Positions 27,346 through 40,937 of a stretch of 64,000 nt of DNA are shown here, one piece after another. The position numbers and the translations under genes are program-made. The notes beneath the pieces were generated by a model. The model made no database searches, had not been told where the DNA came from, and was given only the letters and a program-made list of their open reading frames with translations. Origin of the DNA: Octopus vulgaris. Taxonomy: Eukaryota. The stretch is from the NCBI GenBank assembly GCA_951406725.2, contig OX597828.1, positions 39,680,001 through 39,744,000 of the forward strand. The letters are read 5' to 3'. Position 1 is the stretch's first letter. Each line of letters begins with the position of its first letter.

Positions 27346-27435
27346 ATTAGTCAGGTTTTACTCACACAGTGTCAACATGAAGACATGTTGCAACACTCAC
27401 ATACACATACACACTCAGGTCTCTATGTGAGTGTG

Positions 27436-27466
<31 letters not shown>

Positions 27467-27987
27467 CTCATAATCATCATAATTTAACTTCCGTTGTCCA
27501 TGCTTGCATGGGTTGGATGGTTTAACTGGGCTGGCATGCTGGAAGGCTGCACCAGACTCCAGTCTGATCTGGCGGTGTTTCTACAGCTGGATGCCCTTCC
27601 TAATGCCAACCACTCTGAGAGTGTAATGGGTGCTTTTACATGCCACCAGCACAGATGCCAATTTGCGTGACACTATTGCCAAAATTTGAAATCAATATTA
27701 TACATCTTGAAAGTGTGGAGCTGGCAAAATTGCTAGTGTGTTGGGTAAGTGGTTTTTGTCCAACTTTATGTTCTGAGTTCATATTCTGCCAAAGTCAACT
27801 TTGCCTTTCATCCTTTTCAGGATCAATAAATAAGTACCAGCTGAGTACTGGGGTTGATGTGATTGACTTATCCCCTCCTTTGGCGTTGCTGGCCTTGTGC
27901 CAAAATTTGAAATTAATGTTACATATCTTGACTTTCATTAAAATAATTACTAAACAGTTTTTTCTTTTTTCTTTTTAATTCTTTCAG

Positions 27988-27994
27988 CAATTCG
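27988..27994 (+). CDS. Membrane protein 7-nt microexon
   Basis: Long T tract + ctttcag|CAATTCG|gtgagt; restores frame together with the 16-nt exon. Confidence 0.6.
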
Positions 27995-29630
27995 GTGAGT
28001 ACAATTTTATATTTTTCTCAAAATTCATAACTTTAAAAAATATGTTACTATATATAAATAGATTAAAAAAAAAACAAAAAAAAAACATTGAATAATTCTT
28101 GATTGGAGATAGCACTTGCTATCTCCAACAAGGCAGCCTCTACTTGAGTGCTTGCATGCTAGAAATAGCAGCTACATTTCCCCCAAACCACTTTCTATGA
28201 TTCTAATATAGGAAAGGACGCATTTAATAATGCAGTAATTTTGATATAGTTCTAAAAAGATGAGGTGGTCACTGATGGAATGTCTTTTATTGTAAATCTA
28301 TTTCATCAAGTTTAATATAGGGCTGAACAAAAACAACAAAAAGAGCAACAGTGACTAAACACTAAAAAGTGAGCCAATGAAGATGTTTCTTTACAATTGC
28401 TCAACTTGCTAGAAATAGCAGCCATATCGTCATAGAGTCTTATCTTAGTATCTTAGTAACTCGTGATTATTATACATAAATGAGTCACAGCTATTTGGTC
28501 AACAGACAAAAATAACAATGATGTACAAATAATACATGATGTTTATCACGGACATGTTAGTTCTACCTCAAAACCCAGTCTTTCTACAACAAACAATGAA
28601 AGAGAACAAAAGAGAGTTCGCTACACATCACAACAGATTATGTATAGACCACATTTGTGAACAACTTACACAATGGGAGCAGGAGTGGCTGTGTGGTGAA
28701 ATGTCTCCTTCCAAAACACATGGTTCCAGATTCAGCATTATGTGACACCTTGGGCAAGTGTCTTCTTGTATAGCTTTGGGCTGACCAAAGCCTTGTGAGT
28801 AGATTTGGCTGATGGAAACTGAAAGAAGCCCATCATATATGTATATATATATATATATATATATAGGGAGAATTCAGAAAAAAAAACAAAAGACGAAGAC
28901 AAGTGGTGTAGACAACAAACAGATGTATCAGTATAACGCTCAGGAAGTGAGAAAGTTTTTAATGTTTTGAGCCTACGCTCTTCTACAGGAAGAAACAAGG
29001 AGAGAAAATAAAGAAAGTGTGATGTCTAGCGATCTATCATGGTGATGTGTGTGTATGAGTGTGTGTGTGTGTGTGTGTGTGTGTATCTTTTTGTTTGTGT
29101 TTGTCCTCCACCACAGCTTAACAACCGGTGTTGGTGTGTTTATGTCCCTGTAATTTAGTGGTTCAGCAAAGGACCAATTGAATAAGTACCAAGCTGAGTA
29201 AAATATAAGTAGTGGGATCAATTCATTTGATTAAAATACTTTAAGGTAGTGTCCCAACATGGCCACAGTCTAATTACTGAATTGATTAAAAACAAAAATA
29301 CTGCAATTGAAAGTCACCTGGATATGAAAGAAGTACAGTTTGTTATTGAGCAAACTTCAACTCCCAAAGTCCACCTCCAAACAAAAGAAACATTTACAAA
29401 ACCCCAGAGAGCTGCTACAACAGTGTTAGGGACAAAATTCGTTTACAGGAGTCCCAACTTTGCAGATAGAATCATGGGAGGTTTTTTGAGACATTCTTTT
29501 GGAAAATAAAAAATGCATATTATCTGATTTTTAAGTGACTAAATTATTTGTATGACTTTCTTATTTAATTTTGTTTACTCAGATTGTTGATTTTAACATA
29601 ATTTATTTCATGTCTTTTTTATTTTTTCAG

Positions 29631-29723
29631 AATGAGAGACCTGAATACTTGAAGAGACAGAGAGATCCAGGCTTTGGATCAGTAGAAATCTTACCTGATT
29701 ATGATAATGATGTATGTTATTGA
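29631..29723 (+). CDS. Membrane protein last identified exon
   Basis: After ttttttcag only phase 0 stays open: NERPEYLKRQRDPGFGSVEILPDYDNDVCY*. Possible donor GAT|gtatgt at 29711/29712. Confidence 0.65.
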   Translation, partial: NERPEYLKRQRDPGFGSVEILPDYDNDVCY

Positions 29724-29830
29724 TATATGAATTGGTGTTAGATTTTAAGGAATAGCAGAGAGGAACAAGATGGGGTGGAGTGGAGAGAAAGAAATGTTTA
29801 AGGAGTTCACATGAATAATGTGAGAAAAAG

Positions 29831-29886
<56 letters not shown>

Positions 29887-29921
29887 ATGTATGTATGTAT
29901 GTATGTATGTATTGTTTTCTC

Positions 29922-29964
<43 letters not shown>

Positions 29965-31437
29965 GCATGTATATATATGTGTGTATGCATTGTGCATGTG
30001 TGTGTGTATATGATATAAAACATTACGGAGTACTCATCTAGAAGAGTGGAAAAGGAACATGAAAATGGTGTGAGTCAAATTTTTAGCTTCCTTATAATGA
30101 TATCATCTTCTTCCTCCTCATCATCACTATGTTAAGGTCCACTTCTCCATGCCCACATATGTTGGATGGAATTCACTGAGGCAGGCTCTCTATAGTTGGA
30201 TGCTCTTTCTGTCACCAACCCCCACCTGTTTCCAAGTAAAATAATATTGCCCCATGGCCAGGCATGTTTTCATGGATGACTGGAAACAAAGAACACCGTT
30301 TGCATGACAGTGACACTTATTCACAAATATCACACAGTATCAAGACAACACACACGCACACACATGCACATGCGCACTCATGCATGTGCACCCATGCACA
30401 CACACATGCATGTGCACTCATGCACACAGACATATGCATTCATGCACATACACATGCATGTACAAATGCACTCACATATGCATGCACACACATGCATGCA
30501 CACACTCATACATACATATGCACACTCATGCACTCACACACATACACACGTGCACTCACACACATGCATGCATGCACACACACACACACATGCCAGGATT
30601 CTTTCAATTTCAGTCTATTGAACCCATTTACAAGGCTTTGGTTGATCCGAGGCTGTTGTAGAAGACACTTGCCCCATGTGCCATTCTGTGGGACTGAACC
30701 TGAAAGCATGAGGTCTGGAAAGCAAACCCTTTTAACTGCACAGCCATGCATGTGTGTGAGTGTGTGTGTGCATGTGTGTGAGTGTGTGTGTGCATATCAT
30801 CATCATCATCATTTAATATCTGTTTTCCATGCTGGCATGGGCGGAATGGCTTGACAAGAACTGGCCAACCAGGGAACTGCCCAGACACCAAGTGTCTGTT
30901 CTGACAAGGTCTTTATACCTGGATGCCCTTCCTAATGCCAGCCACATTACAGAGTGTGCTGGGTGCTTTTTACATTCCACTGGCACGAGTACATTCATGC
31001 GCCACCGGCACAAATGCAATTTACATGACACTGGCACCTGTAAAGGATAAACCTGTATGTATGGATGACAGCAATGTTACTTAGCAGCTTGATGTATCTT
31101 CTCAAGTACAGCAAATCACAACAACTCTCAGTCCCTTGTCATTTCCTCAGTGTCTGAAGATCCTTTCTCACCACTTTGTCCCACATCTTCCTGGGTCCCT
31201 CCACAATTAGATGCAGCTGTCCTCATCCATATGCATCACATGACCAAACCAGCACAGTCTTCTCTCTTGCACACAACACCTCATGCCTCTTATACCCAAT
31301 TTTTCTCTGAAGTCATATACAGTGGCTGGACTTCATTCATATGTTCTTAAAATTTAAATCTACATCTTTGTATATCTACCTCCTCTATAATGTTGCCACT
31401 TGATTTGAAAACTTTTGTATTAATGGAAAACCTATAT

Positions 31438-31528
31438 AATTGGCTGATGAGCACTCAGCATCTTAAATCTGTTGTAATACTTACAACATTTAATAAAATG
31501 ATGTAGTGTGAAACAATTGTACCAAATT
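31438..31528 (+). ncRNA. Type I hammerhead ribozyme-like motif
   Basis: aattgg CTGATGA gcact...agtgt GAAA c-aatt-g TA ccaaatt: full core, stems I/II and palindromic minimal stem III. Confidence 0.6.
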
Positions 31529-31654
31529 ACCGGAGTAATTCTTGTTGCTTATTTTGATTATAATCACCCCACAAATTTTTATGGATAACACCATACAAAA
31601 TTCTGGTGCATCTAAATTAAGTACCATATTCATTCGAATCTAAATTTTTGCTGA

Positions 31655-31686
<32 letters not shown>

Positions 31687-32937
31687 CTTAGGCATAGCAA
31701 TACTAATAACCTGGTGTTAGAACTAAATATCTCTATGCTTCAGAGAGAAGCATTAGTTGAGTATAGAGCATAATAATAGATTAGAATGGTCGAAATTGTG
31801 TCATGTGCTTCATAAGCTCACAGCAGTTTCTGTTATAAGTTGCAATGCACTCATATTTGAGTGTTTGTGCATCACCTTATAGCTTCATCAGAGCTTTAAA
31901 AATGAAGTAGCAGAAAGAACCGCAACCTACCGAATTTTCTGACATGGTTTCTTGTTCTCTTGTCATCTATTTATCCATCTATCTGTTTGTCTGTCTGTCA
32001 TTATCATCATCATCATAATCGTTGTCATCATCATCTTCGTTTAACGTCCACCTTCCATGCTGGCATGGGATGGACGGTTTGACAGGTGCTGGCCAGGCAG
32101 GAACCTGCACCAGACTTCTGTGTCTCTCTGTCTATATATATGTGCACTCAACATTTTGTATCTTTAAATGACCTGACATCTCATTACCACCATCTCTACC
32201 TCCATTCCAGCTATTTCCACCAACTGTTGTATAAAATAGGGTAGCCATGTATCTCCTCTATAGACAGATAGCACTTTAGTTTCTCAACACCTAGCATAAA
32301 ACCACCCATCCCCTCTCAGTAACTCACCCCGAGGTGACATTTTCCTATTGCCTGTTCTTTTCTCATCCTGTAAGTTACATAGTGAAGTCACTACTGCTGG
32401 TGGCATGAAGAGAGCACCCCGTACACACTGTAGAATGGTTGACATTAGGAAGGGCATCCAGCTGTAGAAACCATACCAATGCAGACACTAGATCTTGATG
32501 CAGTCATCTGACTCATATCCTGACAAACTGTCCAACCCATGCCAGCATAGAAAACAAACATTTAACGACAACAACGACGACGATGATGATGATGATGATT
32601 ATACATAAGTGTATGTGTGTGTGTCTGTGTGTGTGTGTGGACTTGATCTGAGATTTTTGTGTACTGAACTTGAAACAATAACACTGACCAACTACAGACA
32701 CGTGTGTGTTATTATATATTCATTTACATACTTTATGATGGCATTATACATTATATGTGCACACTGAACATGCTGGTCAGTGAAGTGAAACTGAGTCAGT
32801 GATTAGGCTGTAGATGTACTTTTGATACTTTTTGACTTCTTGTAATATATAATATGATCCTGAAATTAATACAAATGCATGTACAGTGTATGTGTGTGTT
32901 TGTGAGAGTGTGTGTGTATATACAAAAAAGTATGTGT

Positions 32938-33350
32938 GTTCATATGTGGTGGCTGCCCCCTCGTTATCGAGTATGGCCATTGCGCGAAGCTTAATCAATG
33001 TTGTTATCGTGCAATGCCTGTGCAAGAAGATTTTTTTTAAAGTGAGGAAAGGCTGTGCACTGAGTCAATGCCACTCACTAAGCAACAGCAGCCATAATCC
33101 GAAAAGAAGAACAAATCAACATCATCGGTAACCACTGAGCTGCAGGTTTTATGTCGGAGTTATCCCAGTTACCAGAGTTACCTTCTCCTAGAAGGATGCC
33201 CTAACAAAGGCTAGGAGTCCTACACTCCCAACGGTTTAACTGCGCGATCGGGCATTCAGTCCATTTATTTCCATGTCCCCACGCATGAGACAGCCTTAAG
33301 ACACTTATTGGATGGCCGTTGACTCTCAAGAGTTCCTCCGTTCATATGTG
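32938..33350 (-). mobile_element. Short non-autonomous RTE-like insertion with 11-bp target-site duplication
   Basis: gttcatatgtg at 32938-32948 and 33340-33350; minus strand carries ctcctagccttt...ctaggagaaggtaactc, resembling RTE 5'-UTR sequence. Confidence 0.55.
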
Positions 33351-34005
33351 CACATGTATGTACATACATATGTATATACACACGCATATAGATATCTGGT
33401 AGTGTATACATGTATATCTGGTTAACTACATAACTTGAAGACCTTTTAACCAGATCATATTAGGTCATCAAAACATTTAGCTGAGGTATTGTCAATATGG
33501 GGACTTGGGTTTAAGTTACACATCTCTTTATTTCTTCACTTTTTATTTCCTTATATATTATTCCTGTTAGGGGAGATTATTTTATTTTCATTTCTTTAAA
33601 AATGTGAACATAAAAAACCTCAGCTATGAATGCCTCATCAAAAACAATATTTCTCAGTAGCTTATATAGTTTAACATTCATATAACATATAGTAATATAT
33701 ATCTATAATATAACAAGGATACAGCAATGAGTTGTTAAAATTGTTACTGCATCAGACAAAATGCTTAGCAGCATTTCTACTGACTCTTTATGTTTGTGAG
33801 TTCAAATGCTGCTGAGGTTAGCTTTGATTTTTGTCCTTTTGGGGTTGACTAAATAACAGTGTAATCAACATCTTCCACCTCTCAAAATTGCTGTCCTTGT
33901 GCTATAATTAGAAAGAATACACTTGTCTGGTTAAAGATAATTCTATTATCACTTTTTATTTTTACAAGAATATTTAAGGATATATACACACATATATATA
34001 TATAT

Positions 34006-35120
34006 ATGAGGTGGTATCAAAAAGTTCCTGGACTAGTTACGTTTAATACAAAATAACTTATTTGCCTAAGTTTTAACATCATCTCCTTTGAAATAGTCAC
34101 CTTGTTCCAGTGTTCTTGCCACCTTTGGAATCCAGTATGGAAGTTGTTTTCCGTAAGTGAGTTGAGGACTTTCTGCAATTTGCTCTTGATCTCGACACCA
34201 GTGTTAAAATGGCAACCTTTGAGCTGCATTTTCATCTTATTTCTTTATTGCCCACAAGGGGCTAAACATAGAGGGGACAAACAAGGACAGACAAAGGGAT
34301 TAAAGTGATTATATTGATCCCCAGTGCGTAACTGGTACTTAATTTATCGACCCGGAAAGGATGTAAGGTAAAGTTGACCTCGGCGGTATTTGAACTCAGA
34401 ACGGCAGACGGAATACCGCTAAGTATTTCGCCCAGCGTGCTAACGTTTCTGCAAGTTTGCCGCCTTTCATCTTGAGGAAGAGATGGAAGTCTGCAGGTGC
34501 TAAATCTGGTGAATAGGACAGGTGCGGAAACGATACCATGTTGGTTTGGGCGAGAAGCTCCTCAGTGAGGAGACGTCACTGACATGGTGCATTATCTTCA
34601 TGGAGAATCTGGTTCTTCATGTTCCAGAGATCTAATTGCTTTTACTGAATGTCCTCCCTCAAGCACTTCAAAACATCGTAGTAGAACTCTTAATTGACAG
34701 TCTGGCCCAGGGGGATGAATTCTCGATGCACAATACCATGGATGTTGAAAAAAAAAACAATAAGCATGCTCTTGGTTGAGTTGCACGCCACTGGAAAGCA
34801 TTGTGTACGACCCATTGACTCATCGCCATAAGCTTGCAGAAGCATCTTCAATGGCTCTGCAGCAGACTTCCCAAGTTTAATGCAAAATTTCACGTTGGCT
34901 CTTTGTTCCAACTTCCTGTCCATGACAAAAAATTGCAAACTACAGCATACATGTGATCACAAAAACACAAACTGCACAACTTGCGAAGTAAACACAGGGA
35001 TGTCACTTGGAACACTTTCTCATGAAGGTCACCGTTATCTCTCACTGCATACACAACCATGTGCTGTCATCTGTTGATGTGCTACAGAGTTAGTTCGGGA
35101 ACTTTTTGATACCTACTCCT
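34006..35120 (-). mobile_element. Internally deleted mariner transposon with TIRs
   Basis: TIRs ggtatcaaaaagttcc / ggaactttttgatacc; EQRANVKFCIKLGKS...KSMLIVFF..HGIVHREFIPLGQTVN. SINE A inserted at 34238-34465 with duplicated tttcatctt. Confidence 0.85.
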
Positions 35121-35140
35121 ATGTACATATGTATTTTTAG

Positions 35141-35176
<36 letters not shown>

Positions 35177-38100
35177 GAATATATATATTTATATATTTTT
35201 GTTTAATCTTTTGTATATCTTCAAATTTTTCCACCTCCATTTTTTAATATACTATGATACATATATTTAGCAATTCCAGCATAAAGGAAAATCCTGGGGT
35301 AAAAATATGTCTTTTATTATTATTATTATTATAGATTATAATTATGAATTATGAAAATAAAATTTGTTTAAAATTATTAAATAACTGTCATGACTTTTAA
35401 AATAATTTTATTACAATTTGTATACATCATTTAATGGAAGTATGATTAACTAGCATTATGAAACAAAAATCATACCTAATTATATATTGTAATGCTTTGC
35501 TTGTTTTTATCAATTACTTTTGGTGCTTTTTAAATATATATATATATATATACATATATATATAAAATACAAAATGGGACGAGAATGCAAAACATCCGGA
35601 CAACTAGGTGATACAAAAAGGGACAACAAAACATCCAGATAGATGATACAAAAAAAATACGGACGGGTTATTCAAAGTTTTTACTATCTTCAGTCAAGAA
35701 CCAGATTATCCTCGCAATTTTGGCTGATTATTCTTGAGATTGCTCCAATCTGGCCAGCCCCAAGGAAAAACTAAGCTAAGAGCATTAGCTTCCTTGGAAG
35801 AAAGCGACAAATGTATACAAAATCAAGGATGGAAAAAACGGACAATGTTACACAAATATAATACAATAAAAAATACAATAAGAATAATAACAGGACATAA
35901 CAACAGGTGTCTTTCGAATAAGGACGAATTGAATTAAGCTGGTGCATGTGGAAATGAAGCCCTACGGCAGAGATACAAAAGTTTCACAAATATATGCACA
36001 CACATATACACACACACACATATATATACATACACACATATATATACATGTATGTATGTGTGTGTATATATATATATTTATTTATTCCTTTATTTGTTTC
36101 AGTCATTTGACTGCGGCAATGCTGGAGCACTGCCTTTAGTCGAACAAATTGACCCTAGGACTTATTCTTTATAAGCCCAGTACTTATTCTATCGGTCACT
36201 TTATGGGGACGTAAACACACCAACATCGGTTGTCAAGTGTTTATGGTGGGGGACAATCACAGACACACAAACACACATATGACGGGCTTCTTTTAGTTTC
36301 CATCTAAAAAATTCACTCACAAGACTTGGGTCGGCCCGAGGCTATCATAGAAGACACTTGCCCAAGGTGCCACACAGTGGGACTGAATCAGGAACCATGC
36401 AGCTGGGAATATATATATATATGTATGTATATGTGTGTGTATATAATATATATATATATATGACTGTATGTATATCTTCATTTGTTCATTTTTCCTTCCA
36501 TTTTTACATACTGGCATGGGTTAGAAGAATATATTAATGAGGCACTGTTTTACACTCTGATGTCTATCCTGTTGATAACTCTTATCTATTTTCCAAGTTA
36601 AGGGATCTCTTATGCCGCATATCTTTAAAGGTGCAAAGTATTTTGTGTTGATGGTTTGAAGGAGATTTGGCTGTGAGTTTTCTTGGTCAGTTGACTGTAC
36701 AGAGGATTGCTTGCTTATTGACTCATGCCTTTGGTTCAGCACACAGCACACGAGGAATATTTGACTGCTATTTCTAGTGAGTCAAAACTTCTTCATAGGG
36801 CAAAAATGAACAGCAAAGTCATCTACAACAGCATTCAAGCTGAGACCCCACCGTCTCTGAAAAGAAAACACTGGATGTGGTTCCTGGGCGCACTGCCTTT
36901 GAAAACGAAAGGATGGTCATAGTAGGAATGCCTGACCATAGATTCACTGGACCAGAGTTGACCTGGGGTTAAACAACAACTCACAAGAGTTCGTAAATGA
37001 ACTACCAACAGTTGTTGTTTAATGTCAGGTCAGGCTTGGTCAAGCAGGCCCAACATGATATATTTCTTTATTACCCACAAGGGGCTAAACACAGAGGAGA
37101 CAAACAAGGACAGACAAAGGGAATAAGTCGATTACATCGACCCCAGTGCGTAACTGGTACTTAATTTATCGACCCCGGAAGGATGAAAGGCAAAGTCGAC
37201 CTCGGCGGAATTTGAACTCGGAACGTAACGGCAGACGAAATACGGTAACACATTTCGCCCGGCGTGCTAACCTTTCTGCCAACTCGCCATCACAGGCCCA
37301 ACATGATAGATAAGTCAACCATTACTCTCTCGTCTTTTCTTCCAGAGATATATGTAGGACCACATTATCCAAAGTGCCCTTCCTTCTTTGAAACTGGTAC
37401 GGTGTGATTTGAGAGAGATTTGACTGCTATTTCTAGTAAGTCAAGAAACCATGTGCTCCTCCCTGCTCCATCATACTTTACCCTCCTTGCTCTGCCTATT
37501 GTGTACTGAGTTTGATTTCATTGCCTATGCCTTTGCACCAAAGTCTTATCAGCTTTGAATGATGATGACGATGATTGTTGTTATATTTGAGCCCCAGGTA
37601 AACCTTAATCAAACAAAACCTGTGATGAAAAAAGGCTATCTTTGTTGTTGTTTCAGGTATAATGTCTTGAAAGTTACATTTTCCTAAATAGTCCAAGAAT
37701 TATTTCATTTTTGGATTTGGTTTCCAAGATTCTAGATGTGAATTTGCATGTTGGTGATTAGACAAACAATTAAACAATTGCTTTGGTTAATTGGCTAAAT
37801 TGTTATCTGATTAAGGAATTATAAAAAGTGAAATAGAACCAGTGCAAGAGTTTATTATTGGCAGAATGACCCTCACAACATACAACAAAACTAGAACTTA
37901 TTTGTTATAGAGTAAACAGTTATTAACTTCTCCAGTCTTAATGTTTTTTTTTTTACTATTATTATGTCTTAAAAAAAGATTAAGATTTTTCAATTTCTTT
38001 TTTTAACATCAGACTTTCAGAATTCACAAAATTTTCTTTTTAACTTTAAAAATATTGATTAAAGAAAGTCAGCCTTTAATGACTGGCTATGGTTAGATGA

Positions 38101-38809
38101 TTGTATGGCTACAATACTTAGGCATAACTACAGTTTAGTTTCCTCATAAATTTCTGAAAAGAGCATGTTTTTAAATAAAATTTTGCAGAGGTATATTTTC
38201 AAAGGTGTAAATAAGAATTGCAGCATGGAAGGTGTTTATAAGCCATTTAAGAAACACACAAAAACCATTAGATTCACTTCAACATATAAATTTAATTTGT
38301 CAAAATATTTTCGTCTCTTTGAGACCGCGACCTGTTCACTGACAAAATTCCATGCTGCATCTTCCACACTGCAATTGTTTTCGTTCTAGCAAATGATCTC
38401 AAATCAGGTCACTTGCTATGCAAGTGCATCTCCATAACAAATAAGAATTATTCTGCTAAAATGTTTGAGGAAAAGCATTTTTTACAACTGAACTACAGAA
38501 CTAGTTGCTCTCTATATTTCTGCTCCATTTTCCCTATAAATGCTATGGTGTTTTCTCAAAATATCACTTGTTCCACCATGATTGTTGATGAATTAGTCAC
38601 TTCTACTTCTGCTTTACCTGCTTGTATGTCTAAAATTTACCTGAAGATGGTAGTATTTTGCCATGATGCAATCTAAGAATGCACCAATAAAATATTGGCA
38701 AAACGGTTGTTATATACTATGGGAGAATAAATTGCCCCTCAAACACTGGCAGGAAAATGCATCAATGGCACATCATTCTTGAAGCAGCTGTAAAGGTCTA
38801 ACTGTACAT

Positions 38810-39580
38810 CTTTCTTCATACCAAGCTTTGGAAAATGGGTGCCTCATGAATTGTCTAAAAGCAACTGCAAATCCCGAGTTGATATCTGCTCTTCTCTCCA
38901 TTCTCGTGAACTCCTTTCACCCTTTTTGGATAGACTTGTGACGAAAAATGGATCTTCTATCGAAATGTTAAACGTCATAAACAGTGGCTTGGTAAAAGGG
39001 AAAAAGCTCAACCACAACTGAGAAGGGAACTTCATGGAAAAAAGGTTCTCTCAATCTGGTGGAATTGCAAAGGAGTAATTCACTTTGATTGTTACCACCT
39101 AATGCAACAATCAATGCTCAAGTCAGCAATTAGAGTGTTTGAACCAAGCTTTGAAGAAAAAAAAAGAACCGCTTTAGTGAATCGAAAAGGAGTGATGTTT
39201 CATTAGGGCAATGTGCGACTCCATACTGCAAAGATCACATCACAAAAGATTGAAGAGCTTGGTTGGGAAAAAATTCCTCATCCACCTTATTCTCCCGACT
39301 TTGCTCCTTCAAACTACCATTTGTTTCGTAGTTTACAGAATCATTTGGGGGACATAACTTTTGCAAGCCAGGAGGAGGTTGAAACTGGCATTTCAGAGTT
39401 CTTTGCTTTGAAACCAAAAGAGTTTTACATTGATGGGATTAAAAAACTTGTAAATAGATGGAAGCAAGTCATAGATAATCAGGGAAAGTAAATTGATGAT
39501 TAGATTTCAATTAAATATAACATTTGATCATTTGTTTTCTTTATTCGAAATTCGGACAGAACTTATGGGACAACCTGATA
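38810..39580 (+). mobile_element. Degraded mariner transposase, 3' two-thirds
   Basis: WVPHELS, HPPYSPDFAPSNYHLFRSLQNHL, GIKKLVNRWKQVIDNQG; frameshifts; terminal cagaacttatgggacaacctgata. Confidence 0.85.
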
Positions 39581-39623
39581 TTTATGAGTGGAGAGAGCTT
39601 TCGTTGCTAGCTTGTGGTTTTCT

Positions 39624-39664
39624 CACACTGAAGACAGGTAACCACCCAGAAACCTAGGTCTGTG
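39624..39664 (+). ncRNA. Minimal hammerhead ribozyme-like motif, probably decayed
   Basis: caca CTGAAGA caggtaaccaccca GAAA c-ctag-g TC tgtg; two stem II mismatches consistent with CpG decay. Confidence 0.5.
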
Positions 39665-40937
39665 TGTATCACGTGAGGCTAGAGATGGGAGCGATGACTT
39701 CACTCACAAATGCTATACAGACACAGACTGTGTGTTGATGGCCAGCAGGAAAAGATGTTTTCCTGGGGCTAAAATAACAGTAATATCATCCTTTATATGA
39801 CTGCCACATTCTGTTGATATATACTCAGTATTGTTACCCTATATCTCTTGCAGAGATTTAAAACAAATTCTTTTTCTCCACACAATATGTTAAAAAAGAA
39901 ATGTGTCATACACTGAAACAAACTTTGTAAACTTGACAAAAGAAAAAAGAAAAAGAAAGGAAAGAAATCTAAAATTTTAAAATGGTACAACACTAGAAAT
40001 ACAGGCTTTCAGATGCAAATGCCATTGTCAAGAGAGACTTCAATACATACAATGTTTCTAGGCTTTCAGAGCAAAAGAAGTGTGTCTTTCTTTTATAAAA
40101 CAGGTTATAATTTGAGAGCGGTCTGACCTCAATTTCTAACAAATCAAGCAACCATAAAGATGGTCTTTCATTGACTTGATACAGTAAACGTTTACCTGTT
40201 TTCTTTAGTGAGGGTGGTTTCTGACTGTATGAGCTCTATTACTAGTTTTCTTTATCCATAGATAAAGTGTAGTTGTTAAACAATAAAGGTGGCTCTACAC
40301 GACCAGTCAACTTGATGTGCTAGAAATAGCAATCAGATCACCTCCACATCACACCCAACTATCACATCATTGATATCTCAGAGCTACAATGTAATGCATG
40401 ATTAATTCAAATCAATGTGAATCAATAAGCATTACATTAGACAGTGAAATCTGAATACTAAAGAGTTAAGGGAATACTCATCTAAGATGGAAAAAAGGGA
40501 ACACGAATCAGACGAGAGTCAAATTATATATTCAACATCCATTAGCAGAACTTATGATAAACTGAGTTAAAGCTTTCTAATTCACAAATCTTGTAAATAT
40601 GCTAATTAGTTATTTTTTCTCTTTAACTTAATTTAACCATCACATATATAAACAGACGAGCAGAACGCATCCCCACCATCCAATGGACGGTGCTGAGTTG
40701 TCAAACATTTAAACCAAATCACATTCTCACCTGGAATCAATTTTTGTAATTTTTTCAAGACTTATACATGGCCTGATACCGTTGGTATCTACATATCAAA
40801 TTTGAGCGCAAGTGAATGGAGGATGCCTGAGATCCTAAAAGACACACACACACACAGACAGAACAGATTTTATATAATAGATAACCAGTTCCAGCTTGTT
40901 AAATTCTCTGAATCTCCTGATCAACAAATACTTCTGT

